A DNA stretch of 64,000 nucleotides from Podarcis tiliguerta (Eukaryota): NCBI GenBank assembly GCA_965153285.1, contig OZ229112.1. The stretch is one strand, 5' to 3'. The position numbers and the translations under genes were made by a program. Below are positions 1-13,095 of this stretch, piece by piece (within the stretch, counting starts at the first letter, position 1; every line of letters begins with the position of its first letter). The notes under the pieces are model-generated. The model was not told the DNA's origin, did not search any database, and saw only the letters and a list, made by a program, of their open reading frames with translations.

Positions 1-78
1 ACGTACAGCCTTTGCACACACTGTCAGGAACAGTGTGACAAAGAACTAGTTCCACAGCTAAAGGCTGCAGCTGGCTGG

Positions 79-108
79 TTTTTGTTTTTGTTTTTGTTTT
101 GTTTTTTG
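79..108. repeat. (TTTTTG)n-type simple repeat
   Basis: Directly visible imperfect tandem run. Confidence 0.85.
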
Positions 109-1191
109 TATTTAAAGAAAGCTACAACCAACAATTAATTCATGGCAGAGGGAATATACATTTCAGGATGAAGGCATGGAATTGGGACCAGAAATGCAGC
201 TAAAGCTGAAGTCCGATGCCCTGCCATATTTTTGGAGTGTGATCCGTCTTTCAATTTTTTATAAGCTTTCTAATCTTGTTTTGCCAGCTCTTAAAGTAGA
301 GATCACTGGCTGAGGTTGCAGAGTCTTCTCAGAAAGGTTGTCCCCTTGCTGACTTCAGGTACTGTCTAAAGATGCATAGCACCTGAAGCTATCTAGAGGA
401 GCAAGCACTTCCTCTTCCCGGTGAGGTCTTCAGGGGTCTTATGGCTTCTGAAGCACTAGAGACAACATGGTGGGAAGGAAGGATAGCTAAGCCATATGGC
501 CAGGAGAGAGAAATTTTCAGTGGGTTAAATTGCAATATCAAAGAGAATGCCATTAACCAAAAAACTACCTGTGGGCATGTGCTCCTTCTCTTCATGTGAA
601 AGATGTCAGTCAGAGGAAGTGAACAGAAATGCTGGGGTTGAACACTTCATATTATTATAAAAATGCTCAAATTCTCAGAGAATCTTTCCAGGGCATAAAG
701 GGGCATTTTCTACTCTCCCACTGACAGTGTATCATTTTCAACTGACTGCATCTGAAAACAGATAAGGCAAATCAAGATGAATCTAAAAATTAACATAATT
801 GAGGACAAAAGTAGTGAGCTTTTGCTTTGAACAAAGAGGTGCATCACTGAGTCACAGAAAATGAAACATTAATGCAATCAGCTGAGGCTATGGACTGACT
901 GGGAGTGACAGAGACCAACGACAGGGTCCCAATTATAGAACAGCCTTATCTGAGCAATCATCTACAAACGTTTCACATGTGAGCAGGAATAAGGTACATG
1001 GTCTGAATGATGAATATTGCTAATAATAAATATAAAAGAAATACATTGAAATCTAACTAAACTTCTCTAGTGCATCACACAAAAGCCATTTCACAAAGAG
1101 TGCTTTGCATTCATCTTACGATATCACTGTATGCGAGAGCTATTTAAGAAATGGAAAAAGGTGGAAATACAAGATAAAGAGGAGGATTAGA

Positions 1192-1272
1192 TCTAGTTAC
1201 AGGTAGCTAGCTGTGTTGGTCTGCTGTAGTCGAAACAAAATTAAAAAAAAAAATCCTTCCAGTAGCACCTTA
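1192..1272. mobile_element. Penelope-like element terminal fragment with 10-bp TSD
   Basis: GTTACAGGTAGCTAGCTGTGTTGGTCTGCTGTAGTCGAAACAAAA...TCCTTCCAGTAGCACCTTAGAG resembles the squamate Penelope terminus. Flanked by GAGGATTAGA at 1182-1191 and 1273-1282. Confidence 0.7.
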
Positions 1273-1514
1273 GAGGATTAGAGTGAGCCTATTGACCCAG
1301 GATTTATAGTTTGTGTTTGCTCAAACTTTTGATAAGACAAACACAAAGAGCGACCTCCTTGGCTGTCACTTAATCTTTTGAAATGACCCATAAAACAGTT
1401 TTACAATGCATTCAGATATAATAAGATTATAGCAGCTCATAATCAGACAGAAAGCCCCAAATGGCACCAATTAAGCAGTTGTGATCCACTAGTGCGGCCA
1501 TAAACACAAATGTA

Positions 1515-1852
1515 CAGTGGTGCCCCGCAAGACGAATGCCTCGCAAGATGGAAAACCCACTAGACGAAAGGGTTTTCTGTTTTGGAAGTGCTTCGCAGGA
1601 CGAATTTGCTATTGCAAGACGAAAATGTCTTGCGATTCCTGGGGGTTTTTTTTCGCTCCCCACCCCCTTTTCCTAAGGCACTAAGCTGTAATAGCCTTTT
1701 AGCAGCTAATCCGCTAATCCCTTAAGCCTTTAATAGCCGCTAATAGCCGCTAATAGCGCTAATCCGCTAATGGGCTTGCTTCGCAAGACGAAAAAACCGC
1801 TAGAGGAAGAGACTCACGGAACGGATTCTTTTCGTCTTGCGAGGCACCACTG
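1515..1852. mobile_element. Tc1/mariner superfamily (Tigger/pogo-like) MITE
   Basis: 22-bp terminal inverted repeats (TIRs) CAGTGGTGCCCCGCAAGACGAA / TTCGTCTTGCGAGGCACCACTG (1 mismatch). TA on both sides (1513-14, 1853-54). Internal GCTAAT-type short repeats. Confidence 0.92.
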
Positions 1853-2043
1853 TATGTGGGAGTCCTAAATGAAGGAAACTAAGCCCTAAAACCTGGTTCT
1901 TCAGGAAATACTGGCCCATTTCAGGCACTATGCCGCTGTGAGGGAGAGCAGAGATATGTCTGCTAGTTTTGCCCACCCCATCATCCATCTTATCACTATG
2001 CCTCTCTCCACTGGACTTGGTACGTTGGAGGACAAACACTTGT

Positions 2044-2306
2044 AGCAGGATCCCTGCTGCCCTGTACTAGCCCCTTACTGCCCATCAATCTCTCTGCTTC
2101 AGCTGACAAAGCTGGTCTCAGAGGTGGTGTTGAAGAGTCCCATTCTTCTGGTTCTGGGAGACTTCAACATCCATGCTGAGGCAGCTGGCTCTGGGGTGGC
2201 TCAGGACCTCATGGCCGCCATGACAACCATGGGGCTGTCCCAGCATGTCACTGGCCCAACACACATGGCAGGCCACACTCTGGACCTTGTTTTTTCGACT
2301 GGGCAG
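2044..2306 (+). mobile_element. L2-clade LINE, AP-endonuclease fragment
   Basis: ORF 2124-2309 encodes LVLGDFNIH...GLSQHVTGPTHMAGHTLDLVF, the conserved APE motifs (GDFN, PTH, LDLV) of L2/CR1-group LINEs. Confidence 0.85.
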
Positions 2307-3574
2307 TAAGCCCTGCATAAAGTCTGGGCAGATCCCGGTAATTGCCTCAGCCATGTCGATTTGCAGCACAGCAGGTTCACAGTTAGATGACTGATTGCTT
2401 GAACTTATTTCAAACATATAGTTTGGAGTCTTCAGCATAATCCTAATTCTGATAATCTAATGAAACTTGTGCTATGCAGAGATGCCCTCCATTAATTTTA
2501 TTCCTGTGTATGAGTTGTTAATATGTGAAGAACCTTGGTTATTCTTTTTTTAAAAAAATATTCTGAACTGAACAGCCCAGTCACTTTCCCCCTAACAGAT
2601 GCGATACATATTTCATATTTGAAGTTTTAAAACAAAACTACAGAATTATCAGATTGTGAAAAGAGCATTCATTTGATTACTTAGTTGATGGGGAAACTGT
2701 TTTTCTTTAGTATTGGGTGTAGGAGGCTTATGTAACTTCAAATACTTCTCTGAATTGAAGACCAAGCATTAAAAAAATACAAAAGCCTTCACTTTAAAAG
2801 AAATATTTTGGAACTGTTTCAAGTGGCTGAAAATAGACTTAGAATAGAAAATGTGTCTCAACCTGAACAATAACATTTCTGCTGCAAAGCTATATTACAA
2901 AAAGTAAAGGGAATATCATAAAAAACTGAAATGATCTGTGAAAAGAAAATAAAGTGATCCAATTAAACAAGAGACATCTCTAGCACATAAAAGGGAATGC
3001 TCTGAATTGAAAACAGGAGTGTGTTGTCGAGGACAATGGGCAACTGTATTTCAGATAGAAGCATGGGAAATAATAGACAACCAGATACACTTTGGACATA
3101 AAATAATATCCTACAGAAGACGTGATGGGGGGGGGGATTCTGGTGGGGATAATATATCCTTGAGTAGCGTCCTTGGCTGAGGGCAGTGAGTCATGGTTGG
3201 ATAGTCATATCTCGATTAATTTCATTCTATCCATACATTTCTCTGAAATTAAATTTTGCTACCACTAGCAAGTCCCCTACTTCCAAGACCTTTTATGCTA
3301 AATCAAATAGCAGGCAGTGTGACTATTGAGAGTATCTGTTCTGCTGGTGCTTAAGATTTGATACAGTTGAAAAGATACAGATCACCATTTAAAAAATACT
3401 AGAGTCCCACATGCTCTCTTAGGATCAGTTATGAACAAGGTTGGACAAGTTATTTGTGCATGTGGGCTCAGTGCTAGAGATCTTTTTACCAATTGCATTG
3501 AGATGACTTGTTATTCCCACTAAGACACCAGTTTTCACTCTTGGGCATCCCATTGCTTGTTTGCATGACATGGC

Positions 3575-3607
<33 letters not shown>

Positions 3608-4450
3608 TTTGGAAAATTCATATCCCACCCTTCAGAGAATATTCTCTCAGAGCAGCTAGCATAAATTTAACAGAGTAAAACCTGAGAAAATAATAAACAC
3701 AGTAAGAGCAGTGGAAAACTAAAACAATGCAAGCCAGATTAAAAGCAATGCATAAAAACCCAACAGCTAAAATATATGGGTGAATAGAAAAGGTCTTCAC
3801 CTGGCCCTGAAATGATGTCTCCTTGAGGACAGTGTAGGAAAGTCAGGGAACCACAGCTGAACTTGAGGGGACCAAAGAAGGGTCTCAAAGAAAGATACTG
3901 TAATAGTGCCTTGTCAGATATGTGTTGAAAGCACTTAATATACCCTATACCCAAACCATTCAGCAGCCAGAAGTAAATTAGAAACCAGCACAGTTGTTTT
4001 CAAACTGGTGAGGTGTATTCCATATACCTGGTACCAATTATCAGTCTTTCTACAAATTTTGTACCAACTGCGGTTTCTAAGCTGTCATCAATGACAGCCC
4101 CATGTACAACAGGTTGCAGTAAACCAAGTGGGATGTTAGCACTTTATGAATAACTGTGTCTAGGCTATCTTGGTCCTGAATATAGTGATTCATCAATGCT
4201 AGTGGACAAAAGTCATCTAGAGACCTCAAGGCAACTTGGGCCTCCACAGAAAAGTAAAAATCTAATGACATCTCAGGGTTAGGAACCTCATCCTTCAGAA
4301 GGAGTGCAACCCTCCTCAAAACTAACCAAACATTATCTTCCAACATTGCTAGACCACCCAGCAACAACATATTCATCTTTTTGGGATTTGGCTTCAGTAT
4401 TGACTGTCCTCCTGTCCATAACTAATCTCAGACAACACTCTGAATGCAAG
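3575..4450 (-). mobile_element. L2-clade LINE 3' portion (decayed RT C-terminus, 3'UTR, microsatellite tail)
   Basis: ORF 4077-4376 contains LDTVIHKVLTSHLVYCNLLYMGLSL, close to the L2 motif 'L.TVIHALVTSRLDYCN.LY.GLP'. The element ends in (ACTT)8 at 3575-3606. Confidence 0.8.
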
Positions 4451-4831
4451 CCAATGCCAGCAACCTGTATTTCTCTTACTGTTCTGCTAAGTCAGTGGTG
4501 CATTGCCACCATTGCTAAAAATCTGGAATATCCTGGTTTTCCTCACTTAATGAGAGGCTTTTCAAAGATCTAAAGGCATAGAGGCTGTAGAGGAGGTTAA
4601 ACAACCTGTGACCGACTAAGCCAACCAAGTCCTTAGTGGCAAGCACATCCGTTTCCCTCTTTGACTTAGTCAGGTTCTCTTTCCATAAGCTGCACCAGAA
4701 AGGTATGGGGCAAACAGCCTCTCGGACAAATCATCAAACTAGCTCCATGATTGGTCACTTGACAAGAAGACATTTTCCACTTCCAAATTTTATCTGAATC
4801 ATAAACTAGAAATATAAGGCTCCAATATTTA

Positions 4832-5065
4832 CTGTACAGTGGTACCTCGGGATCTGAACAGGATCCGTTCCGGAGCCCTGAATATAAGCCGCTACCTTAA
4901 AATTCTGCAGGCACTCACACCCGTTCCGTTTTACCGTATGTCTGTTTCAGCAATGATATCGTAAAAGCCATTTTTTGTAAGGCTGCAAATTTAAGCCGCA
5001 CTTGTAACTTTTCATGGTCAGAATTTGGGGGGGGGGGGGTGAGGCTTATATTCAGGCCAATACAG
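4832..5065. mobile_element. Tc1/mariner-type MITE whose left TIR is interrupted by a Tigger-like end
   Basis: Right TIR GAGGCTTATATTCAGGCCAATACAG followed by TA. Left TIR is split: CTGTA (4832-36) ... CCTGAATATAAGCCGC (from ~4877). CAGTGGTACCTCGG... lies between (4837-~4875). Confidence 0.75.
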
Positions 5066-5699
5066 TACTTGAAAGTTAACTCAGTCAAATTCAACAGAAC
5101 TTACATGAAAGAAAATCTGTTTCAGATTACTTCTTTTCCAGAAATCTAAAATGTGGCTAAAGCTCACCCTTTCTGAGAAACGCCCCCATTACTTTTATGG
5201 TGCTACCCTGTCTCTTGACTATGAACAATGTAATGGTGGAAAACATGGTTTATTGACAGGTTTGATCAAATCAATGAGAAAATAGCACCACATGCAGAAC
5301 AAAATAATAGATTTATGGATGCATTTTTGAGATATGTGCTAAAAGATTTCACCGTTCAGGGAAACCTGTCACTGTTATTGTATTGCTTCCCTTTCAAGCA
5401 ATGTAATTTGTCCCAGTGGGGCATAGAATTAATTATTAGCAAATGATCACTTGTATTATTTCAGTCAATAGACGTCCAAACAGCTCAATCTTCGTTTTCA
5501 GTGTGACATGTAGCTATTGAAAATTGCATTAAAGTACATTGACACATGGCAGAAACAAATTGCCCTCATAACATTTATAAATGCTGCTTGATTATAGAAA
5601 TGTTATCTGTGTAATTTCAACATGTTAGACATTACTACAGGAGAACAGTTGTGATTTCGCAGTGTGAACGGATTATGCTGATTTTCCACACTGGAGGCA

Positions 5700-5952
5700 G
5701 GGTGGGATGGGAATACTACGTCCTGTTCTGAACATTTTCATTGACATACTTGCTGGGAGAAGAAAAGAAAGCTCCCAGGTGAGAGCTGGGGGCGGGGGGG
5801 AGGTCCACCACTTTCAGTCCGTGACAAGGGTTAAGAGGTACCTTTGAGAAAGGACTCTGTGTTTTCTTCTCTCTTTCTCTCCCTGTTTTTGTTTTTATTT
5901 AGATCTGTTTCTTTTATCTTACTGTATTATGAAAAAGCTTTAATAAAATCTT
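5700..5952 (+). mobile_element. Probable L1/Tx1-type LINE 3' end
   Basis: G-rich tract, then a T-rich 3'UTR-like stretch ending TGAAAAAGCTTTAATAAAATCTT with AATAAA at 5942-47. Confidence 0.4.
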
Positions 5953-6043
5953 ATGGGGCGGAACTAAGATAATAGCAGAAAAACTTTGTAAGCAAATTAG
6001 CAGGCAAAGTGTGTAATACACGCTGGCTCACTCTTGGGAGAAG

Positions 6044-6423
6044 AGAGGCGGGAGGTGCTATGGTGTAAACCACTGAGCATTGGGGCTTGCCGATCAGAAG
6101 GTCAGCAGTTCGAATCCCTGCAACGGAGTGAGCTCCCGTTCCTCTGTCCCAGCTCCCGACAACCTAGCAGTTCAAAAGCACATCAGTGCAAGTAGATAAA
6201 TAGGTACCGCTGCGGCGGGAAGGTAAACAGTGTTTCCCTGCGCTCTGGTTTTCGTCACGGGGTTCCATTGCTCCATGCTGGTTTAGTCATGCTGGTCACA
6301 TGACCCAGAAAGCTGTCTGTAGACAAACGCTTTCTCCCTCAGCCTGAAAGCGAGACGAGCTCTGCAAACCCATAGTCACCTTTGACTGGACTTAACCATC
6401 CTGGGGTCCTTTACCTTTTTTTT
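6044..6423 (+). mobile_element. Sauria SINE, near full length, 13-bp TSD
   Basis: tRNA-like head (B-box-like GTTCGAATCC), core CAACCTAGCAGTTCAAAAGCAC...AGTAGATAAATAGGTACCGC, tail GGGGTCCTTTACCTTT. TSD CTCTTGGGAGAAG at 6031-6043 and 6424-6436. Confidence 0.95.
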
Positions 6424-9400
6424 CTCTTGGGAGAAGTGGACCCCTTGGTCTTGGAAAGTTTTAAAGTGGGGCATTAAAGGCACACGTGCTTATTTAGTCA
6501 TGATCTTGAGCAACCGATATAGTAGAAATGCACTTCTAAGCATTACATATTTTTTCCTTAAAACCAAAGTCTTTGGTTGGTAATGTTGTTGTTTCCTTTG
6601 TTCTGTTACATCTGGAAATCAATAAAACACAGAAAAATGAAAATACATACTTCACTCTTTTTTCTTTTTTGCACCTTTGTACTAATACAGTGGTGTGCCC
6701 AGTCCTAAACGCCTGTGGGTAGCACAACAATTTGGAAGGTTGTACATATGGAGTGGTTCAAAACTATCCAAATCCTCCTCCTTTATCTCCCTCCTTTAAT
6801 GTTTCAAGGCAAACACACTGTAAATTTTTAGCAGTCCACACAGTAAATGAAATCAAAATGTCGTCTTTTAAAACAAACAGGAATTCTGTTGTGAGATTTT
6901 TTAGCGTGCCTTGAAGTGTTGTTACTCCAGTGGCAAAGTAGGTAACAGCTTAAAGCACCAATTATCTAAGCCTGCAGCATGAATCCACACACTAATCTTT
7001 AAAAGATTGTCAATATGGTGTATTGATTAGAACACCTTCCTCCCGTATGATATTAATATGATATTACCATCAGATATTACCATGACCATTGGTCATGGAT
7101 GATGGAAGCTGTAGTTCAAAACACTTAGGGGAAACTGAATTAAAAGTGGCTTGGGAATCACTTCCTCATTCTTGTCTTCCAACGCAGCTATGGTAACAGT
7201 GCCCAAAAGAACCACCTGGATGAAGGCAATCACTTGGTTTCTTCCCAAAATAATATTACCCATAGGGGTTAGTGGCTGTAGTTTTAGATAGATTGTTGTC
7301 TCTCCCCCCCCCCCCTCCACACCCGTACGGCTTCTTTCCTCCAACTCCCCTTACAGCAGCCTTGCCTTCAACACATACAAATTATTACTTTTTTAAGTGG
7401 AGAAATTGTTGGTATTTGTATTCAGGAAAACTTTTTCATGGCTTCTCAGTTTAACCTTTACATCGACTTCCTCTGATTCATTGCAGAGAAAGATAAATGT
7501 CGTAGAACAGTGTGGGGAGAACAATTGAGTGTTTTTTTTTTGGGGGGGGGGTTGGTAGAATATACCAAAAAAATCCTTTACTGAGACTCTTCTCGCAGAG
7601 CACAGTTTTTTGGCTGCATTTTATCTTGTGTTTTGCAGTAGAAGCTTTTATTATTAGTATAGTGTTCTTTCAGTAAAAGGGGACCATAGTGTTTTAGTAA
7701 CATGCTATTACAGTCACGACTCTGTCATCATTCTTCATCTGAACCATCATTTCCCCCCAATAGCGTTTACACCTTTTGTTATGCATTGTCCTGAAGATCT
7801 GTTCTGAAGCAATTCACAGAAGGAGGGGGTTATCATTATGTCGACTTGGGAAACGTACTTCAGATCTGACTTGATCAAGGCTGTATTCAGGATAGGGTTT
7901 AATTTGTAAGTGAGGCTGTGCTTCCTTCACAAGTCAATAGCTAGCTTATTGCAGCAGCCACGTGTGGGTTTTTTAAAAACTTATTTGCCCAGGTAAAACT
8001 GAGACTGGTGGGGATCTGGTTAGAAATAGAGGAGAAATTTCGTTCAGTTTGCATTCATAAGCAACCCTACCTAATTTGCAACACCAGTTCTCTGGAACAG
8101 CCTTCTAATATTGTACTGCTTTTGATATTTCTTCCATTTTTTTTTTTCTGTTTAGGCAAACCTACCCAGATTAGTAATTGTGTTATGTATATTTGTTTTT
8201 AAACCTGTTGGTTTTATCTAGAATTTGATTATTTTATTAAGTCTATTTGTTTTTAAACTGCTTGTGGTGTTTAGTTTAGTTTTCTAAATTAGGCAGTATA
8301 TAAATCCTGTTAAAATAAATGACAAGTGACTGAAATGACTCAGAGCAGGGAGGTAATAGGAAGGCTTAGTTCTCCTCACCCACATGCCCATTTAATGTGA
8401 AAAATTAATTCGTCCTCCCTTTCTACATGAATGGGGCCAGAATATGAATAAAATATCTAACTGGCCTCTTCATAGCCAGCTGGGCCCTAAGATTGCACTA
8501 TTTTATAATCACTTTTAACACAGCATTCTTTATCTGCTGTCATTGAGCATGGTGCCTATGATTAATTGCAAAGTAAATAATATTTAGAAATATTGAGTAC
8601 TCAACAAATCTACATGCCGATCTTGAGACATTTAACAACTGAGGTAGAGGCTCAACAAGGGAAGATAAAACTACATTGATTTCCAACAAATGACATCTTA
8701 GTACTGATCAAACTGTTATGTTCTAAATGCCTGGTTTTTCATTGTGGTCTGCCATGGGAGTCATATGTGGTGCCTTACTTGGTCTGAAAACCTTTCCGGT
8801 ACCAAGTATGGCCTGACTATTTTTGTCCCGGCTGCTATTGTTAATTTTCTCTCTCTACGGCATCCTTCTGATCTGTTATCTAAGTTGATCCTTTCCATTA
8901 TTCTTGGTGTCCAAAGCCAGCACCTTCAACCTCTATTGATTTTTCCAATTATGCAAACTTCTACTGGCTTCCTAAAAACAGACTGTGGTATCTTGTTTTT
9001 AGGTATTTGGAGGGTTGGCAATCTTGCAGATGTATATGAGTGGCAAAATTTGCTTTAGATCAAACAGTAGTTTCACATAAGCATTTATAACATCCAACTA
9101 TGTAAACGATGCAATGGTATTTCACTAGCATCTGTAACTTTGGTTAATTATCATGAAATGAGTGTCCCAGTATCCCCCACTTCCCCAATTTCCAAGCTCC
9201 TTTGAGAGCATCATAATTAGTTCACTGTTTACAGTTGGGTGACTTTCCATACAATTTGAGCCACCATTGAGTAACTTTGAAAATGTCCACCCTATGGCTT
9301 ATAGTCATTTTCTGTTGAATAGATCTCTGTTGTTTTGAGCCATGCATCAGCATAACCCTGATTTTTAAAAAGAGTGGCTTCATCCTTTTAATAAAAACTA

Positions 9401-11023
9401 ATGTGACATATCTGAGACCGTGTATCTGATTAAGTCATTGGTCTGCTGCCTGTGAAAACTCAACCCTGTAAATCACTTAGTAAATCAGCACGGTAAATCT
9501 CTGACGCATCGCAGCACCTGTCTTTTTGCAGCTGTAGATTAGGAATAGCCTTTTCTACTAATTCTGGGAAAGATGCTAGCTGCAGGGCGGGGGGGAATAA
9601 TGCATTTTGAAAAGCTACACACCCACACACATGTCATTGCTGTTCTCTGTAATGTGTAGCACTGCTTAGAGAGAACTACTAAAGCTTTCCCTGCCTTTGC
9701 TTTCTGGGTTTTTATCTCTGTGACTGTTTCTTGCTACCTGGATATGAAAGGCCTGCCACCTAGTGTTACACCTGTTTCTGTGGTTGCTGCTGCCGTTCTT
9801 CCTTCTAAGTTTTGCTGCAGTCGTGCACAAGCAAAAGCCCTGTGAATTGAAACTGATGCTCGCAGACAGTACAATGCTCTGCATTTTACATTTTCCCACT
9901 CTCCTTGGTTTGGCTATTTACTGGAAACACCAGCTTTGCATAGCCCTAAGACAGCGAGAATGTCTTATGTTGTCTACTTCTAGAAGCTGTTGCAATGCCC
10001 TGTAGGGCATCCTAGCTGTTTGTCCTAAATTGAGATGACAGTGTTGCTCATATTAAATTGCCTTCTTGCTTGGCTTGGCATGCTGGGATCCATATCTATT
10101 AATGCAGGAGTGTCCAAGTGTCCTGCCAGGAAAGCAATTTGTTCCCCAGTAGGGTGTCTGTAAAGCAGCTGGTCTAGGAAGCCATCAGAGGTGATGTTAG
10201 GGGCAAGTTGTGTTTTTCTTGATTTAATGGAAATTTTTACTGATCCATCTCTGTCTTTCCCCCCAGAAATTGTCGCCAAGGCAGCACATATCTATCTCCG
10301 GTTACCTCTCCTCCCTCTCTTACAGTCCTGTCATATCTTGCTGGTGGTGAGACAGCTTTCACAGCCTGAGCCTCATAATAGACACTCTGACAACAACCAA
10401 TGTGCTATTAATGGATTTGGGGGTGGGGGAGCTGAAACGCCCTAAAGAGATGACATAGCTTTGGAGCATTCCTGTTAACCATCAGCTTTGAAACTTCTGT
10501 TCAAAAACACAGGAAGCTTGTCTCTTAGCTAGAGAGTTGAAGTATATGCACAAGCATTAACACAGATAGGCAATCTCATTTAACCTCAGCGGGATAACTT
10601 GTGGGCAAGTCTGCTGGTGGTCTTTCAGATCCCGTAGTCATTGCTAATTCCTGAATCACAAGTGCTGCTAATGTACACAGCCACTAGATGCTTATTTTCA
10701 GCATAAATATGGTAAAGAAAAGAAGTGATAACGAAGTGGAAAGAAGGAAAGAGATGAATATATGGATTATGGCTGAGATTTCTGGGACTTCTTATATTTT
10801 GTGAAGGATGTGCATAAGCAATCACATTACCATATCCATTTAGTCTACACATTAAGAATCAGAGAGCAAAAAGCATGGATGATGGAGACTATAGTAACCT
10901 TTATTGACCTTGATTAGGGCTCCTTAATCGTATTGTTAGTCACGTCATTGCTTAGCTTCCTACTCAATACCAGGAGAATTTCTGTGCAGTGCTAATATAC
11001 TAATATAGTTTAAGAGATTACAG

Positions 11024-11378
11024 TAGGGGTCAGCAACCTAAGGCCCATGGGCCACAAGCAGCCCATGGGGGTAATTTAATCGGCCTATGGACCCCTGCCA
11101 CCCGCTCAGGGACCCCCGCCGCCCACTCGGTCGACTCCCATGTGCTGCTGTAAACCGTCATGGAGCAGAGTGGGGACTGCCTTCCATGACACTGGCCGGC
11201 TTCCCATTGGCTGCAAGAAGCTCCTGCAGCCAATGGGAAGCTGCGCACGCCTCCTCCGTGCCAGAAGGAGTGCCAGAAATAGCGTTTGCGCATGCATGCG
11301 CGCACACACACTCTGGTCCACCATGGCGTCTGCAGGACCATGAACTGGCCCAAGCCACAAAAACTCTGCCGACCCTTG
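11024..11378. mobile_element. hAT (Charlie-like) non-autonomous DNA transposon
   Basis: Termini TAGGGGTCAGCA / TGCCGACCCTTG. Perfect 8-bp TSD GATTACAG (11016-23, 11379-86). GC-rich interior with the palindrome GCTTCCCATTGGCTGCA...TGCAGCCAATGGGAAGC. Confidence 0.92.
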
Positions 11379-11440
11379 GATTACAGTCATGCACAGGTAC
11401 ACCTTACTATAAGCATTTATTTCATTATTATTTGAGTGTA

Positions 11441-11522
11441 TAGAATCATAGCATCATAGAATTGCAGAGCTGGAAAGGCCCACGAGGGCCATCTAGTCCA
11501 ACCCCCTGCAATGCAAGAATCT
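11441..11522 (-). mobile_element. CR1-derived 3' tail (CR1 LINE end or Squam3-type SINE tail)
   Basis: TAGAATCATAG...GAGCTGGAAAGG...CATCTAGTCCAACCCCCTGCAATGCAAGAAT. Same tail as 58297-58440. Confidence 0.75.
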
Positions 11523-12974
11523 GTAAAGCATGTTACAGGAGTATAAGGCCTTAATCTCTGACCATTGTACATGATTTTATACAATCAGGGTAGATACCTC
11601 AACTCAAAGTATCTCAAGACTGTGCACCCAGTGTAGGATCAATAGGAATATGCAGACTTTCCTCCAGCATTGATATGAATGAGCAACTAAGGCTCACACA
11701 GGAGCTGCTTTATTGGGGCTACTTGATCTTTTTGAGATGTTGAATTTCTCCCATTGGGTTTACTCAACTTAGTTGGATATAACCCATTCAGGTTCACTGT
11801 GTTTTTGAGTGTGAATTTTCATACAGTTCTAAAAAATTACACAAATTAATGCAGAAATTGAAGAGACCAGACTTATGAATGAACACATGCACAACTGAGA
11901 CAGGCCTGAAACAGGCTGATCTGTTCATCCCTAGCTGGACATGAGTGGTGCAGTGGTCTAAACCACCAAACCTCTTGGTCTTACAGCAAGCAAACCAACC
12001 AACCAACCCTGAGTTCTTCTGTTAATCATAGTTTCCCAGTTCAGATGAAAGAGAAACTATAGTTACAGCTTCAGAACAAGTTAGGATATTAAGAGATGGT
12101 TTGAATTTAGCTTAACATCCTGGTTTGTTACAAAGACATTAGGTATAGTTCCTGATTTCAATAAAATGGAAAGCTATGGTTGACAGAAGACTTCCTTGCT
12201 GACGAGTGAAGTAAAGAGCAAAGTTGCTATATGAATGATGAAATGGGCATTTTGTCTTGGCTTATTAATCTGAGATATAATCATCTGAATGCAGACACTA
12301 TGCTTTCCTGTTTGTAGCAGTCACTTTAGAAAGCTACTTGATTCAGAAAATACAGGTGGAAGGATGAAATGAGTCTGTTTGCTAAAGATGTACATTATGC
12401 TGAATTTACTGGGCTTTAAAGTCTTATCACAGTTTCCTTTAACCCTGGGTCAAGATCAGAATAAAGAGCAAAGGCAGGAGGGTTACTACCAAGCACCAGG
12501 GGCAGAGGGACTGTGTCTATAAGAAAACATGTATATAACTAACATAAAGGAAATGTAAAAGGGGGAGAACAGTATTTGAGTCCATTTGAGATGGCTCCTG
12601 TGGTTGCATTCATTGGTATCACTAAGAAGGATTTAGACTTGCTGTGAGCTTTCATGTGTAGCACAGACCTGGTTTCATCTCTCCTCACATAAACTCACAT
12701 GCCTGAATCTCTGGTGGTAGGCCAGGAATTCTTCAGTAGTTGCTGGTACGATGATAAGTAGTCGTGAAACAGAGAGGGAAAAGAAAGCGATCCATCCAGA
12801 TTGGGGGGATGGGACCCATAAACCTGTATTCTTAATAGGAAGCGATATAACAGCAAAAGCAAGTGCTGCCCCCACAAAGGCTTGCTGACCTTAATTTTTT
12901 TAAAAAAGAAATCAGGTAGGGTTTCAGTGCATTGTTTCTATGCCTAGAAGGCGGTAGAGAGGGAATCTTAGAAC

Positions 12975-13095
12975 TACATTTCCCAAACTCATGCCCTGAG
13001 ATGTTTTGAACTACAATTCCCATCAGTCTTAGCCAGCATAGCTGATAGGAGTTGCAGTCCCAACACTTGCAGAGTGACAGGTTGGAGAAATCTGG
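12975..13095. mobile_element. Short hAT-type MITE remnant
   Basis: AACTACAATTCCCATCAG...GATAGGAGTTGCAGTCC internal inverted motif, typical of squamate hAT MITEs. Confidence 0.5.

Noticed and set aside
1680-1772. Short GCTAAT-type repeats as a CRISPR-like array
   Set aside because: Eukaryotic DNA, no unique spacers, and internal to a Tigger-like MITE.
2650-3120. Possible L1 ORF2 C-terminal relic
   Set aside because: Only an A-rich strand bias and faint motifs, not enough to call without an alignment.
11030-11443. Stack of five overlapping ORFs
   Set aside because: Explained by the stop-poor GC-rich interior of a TSD-flanked hAT MITE. The same applies to 39878-40409 and 44339-44762.
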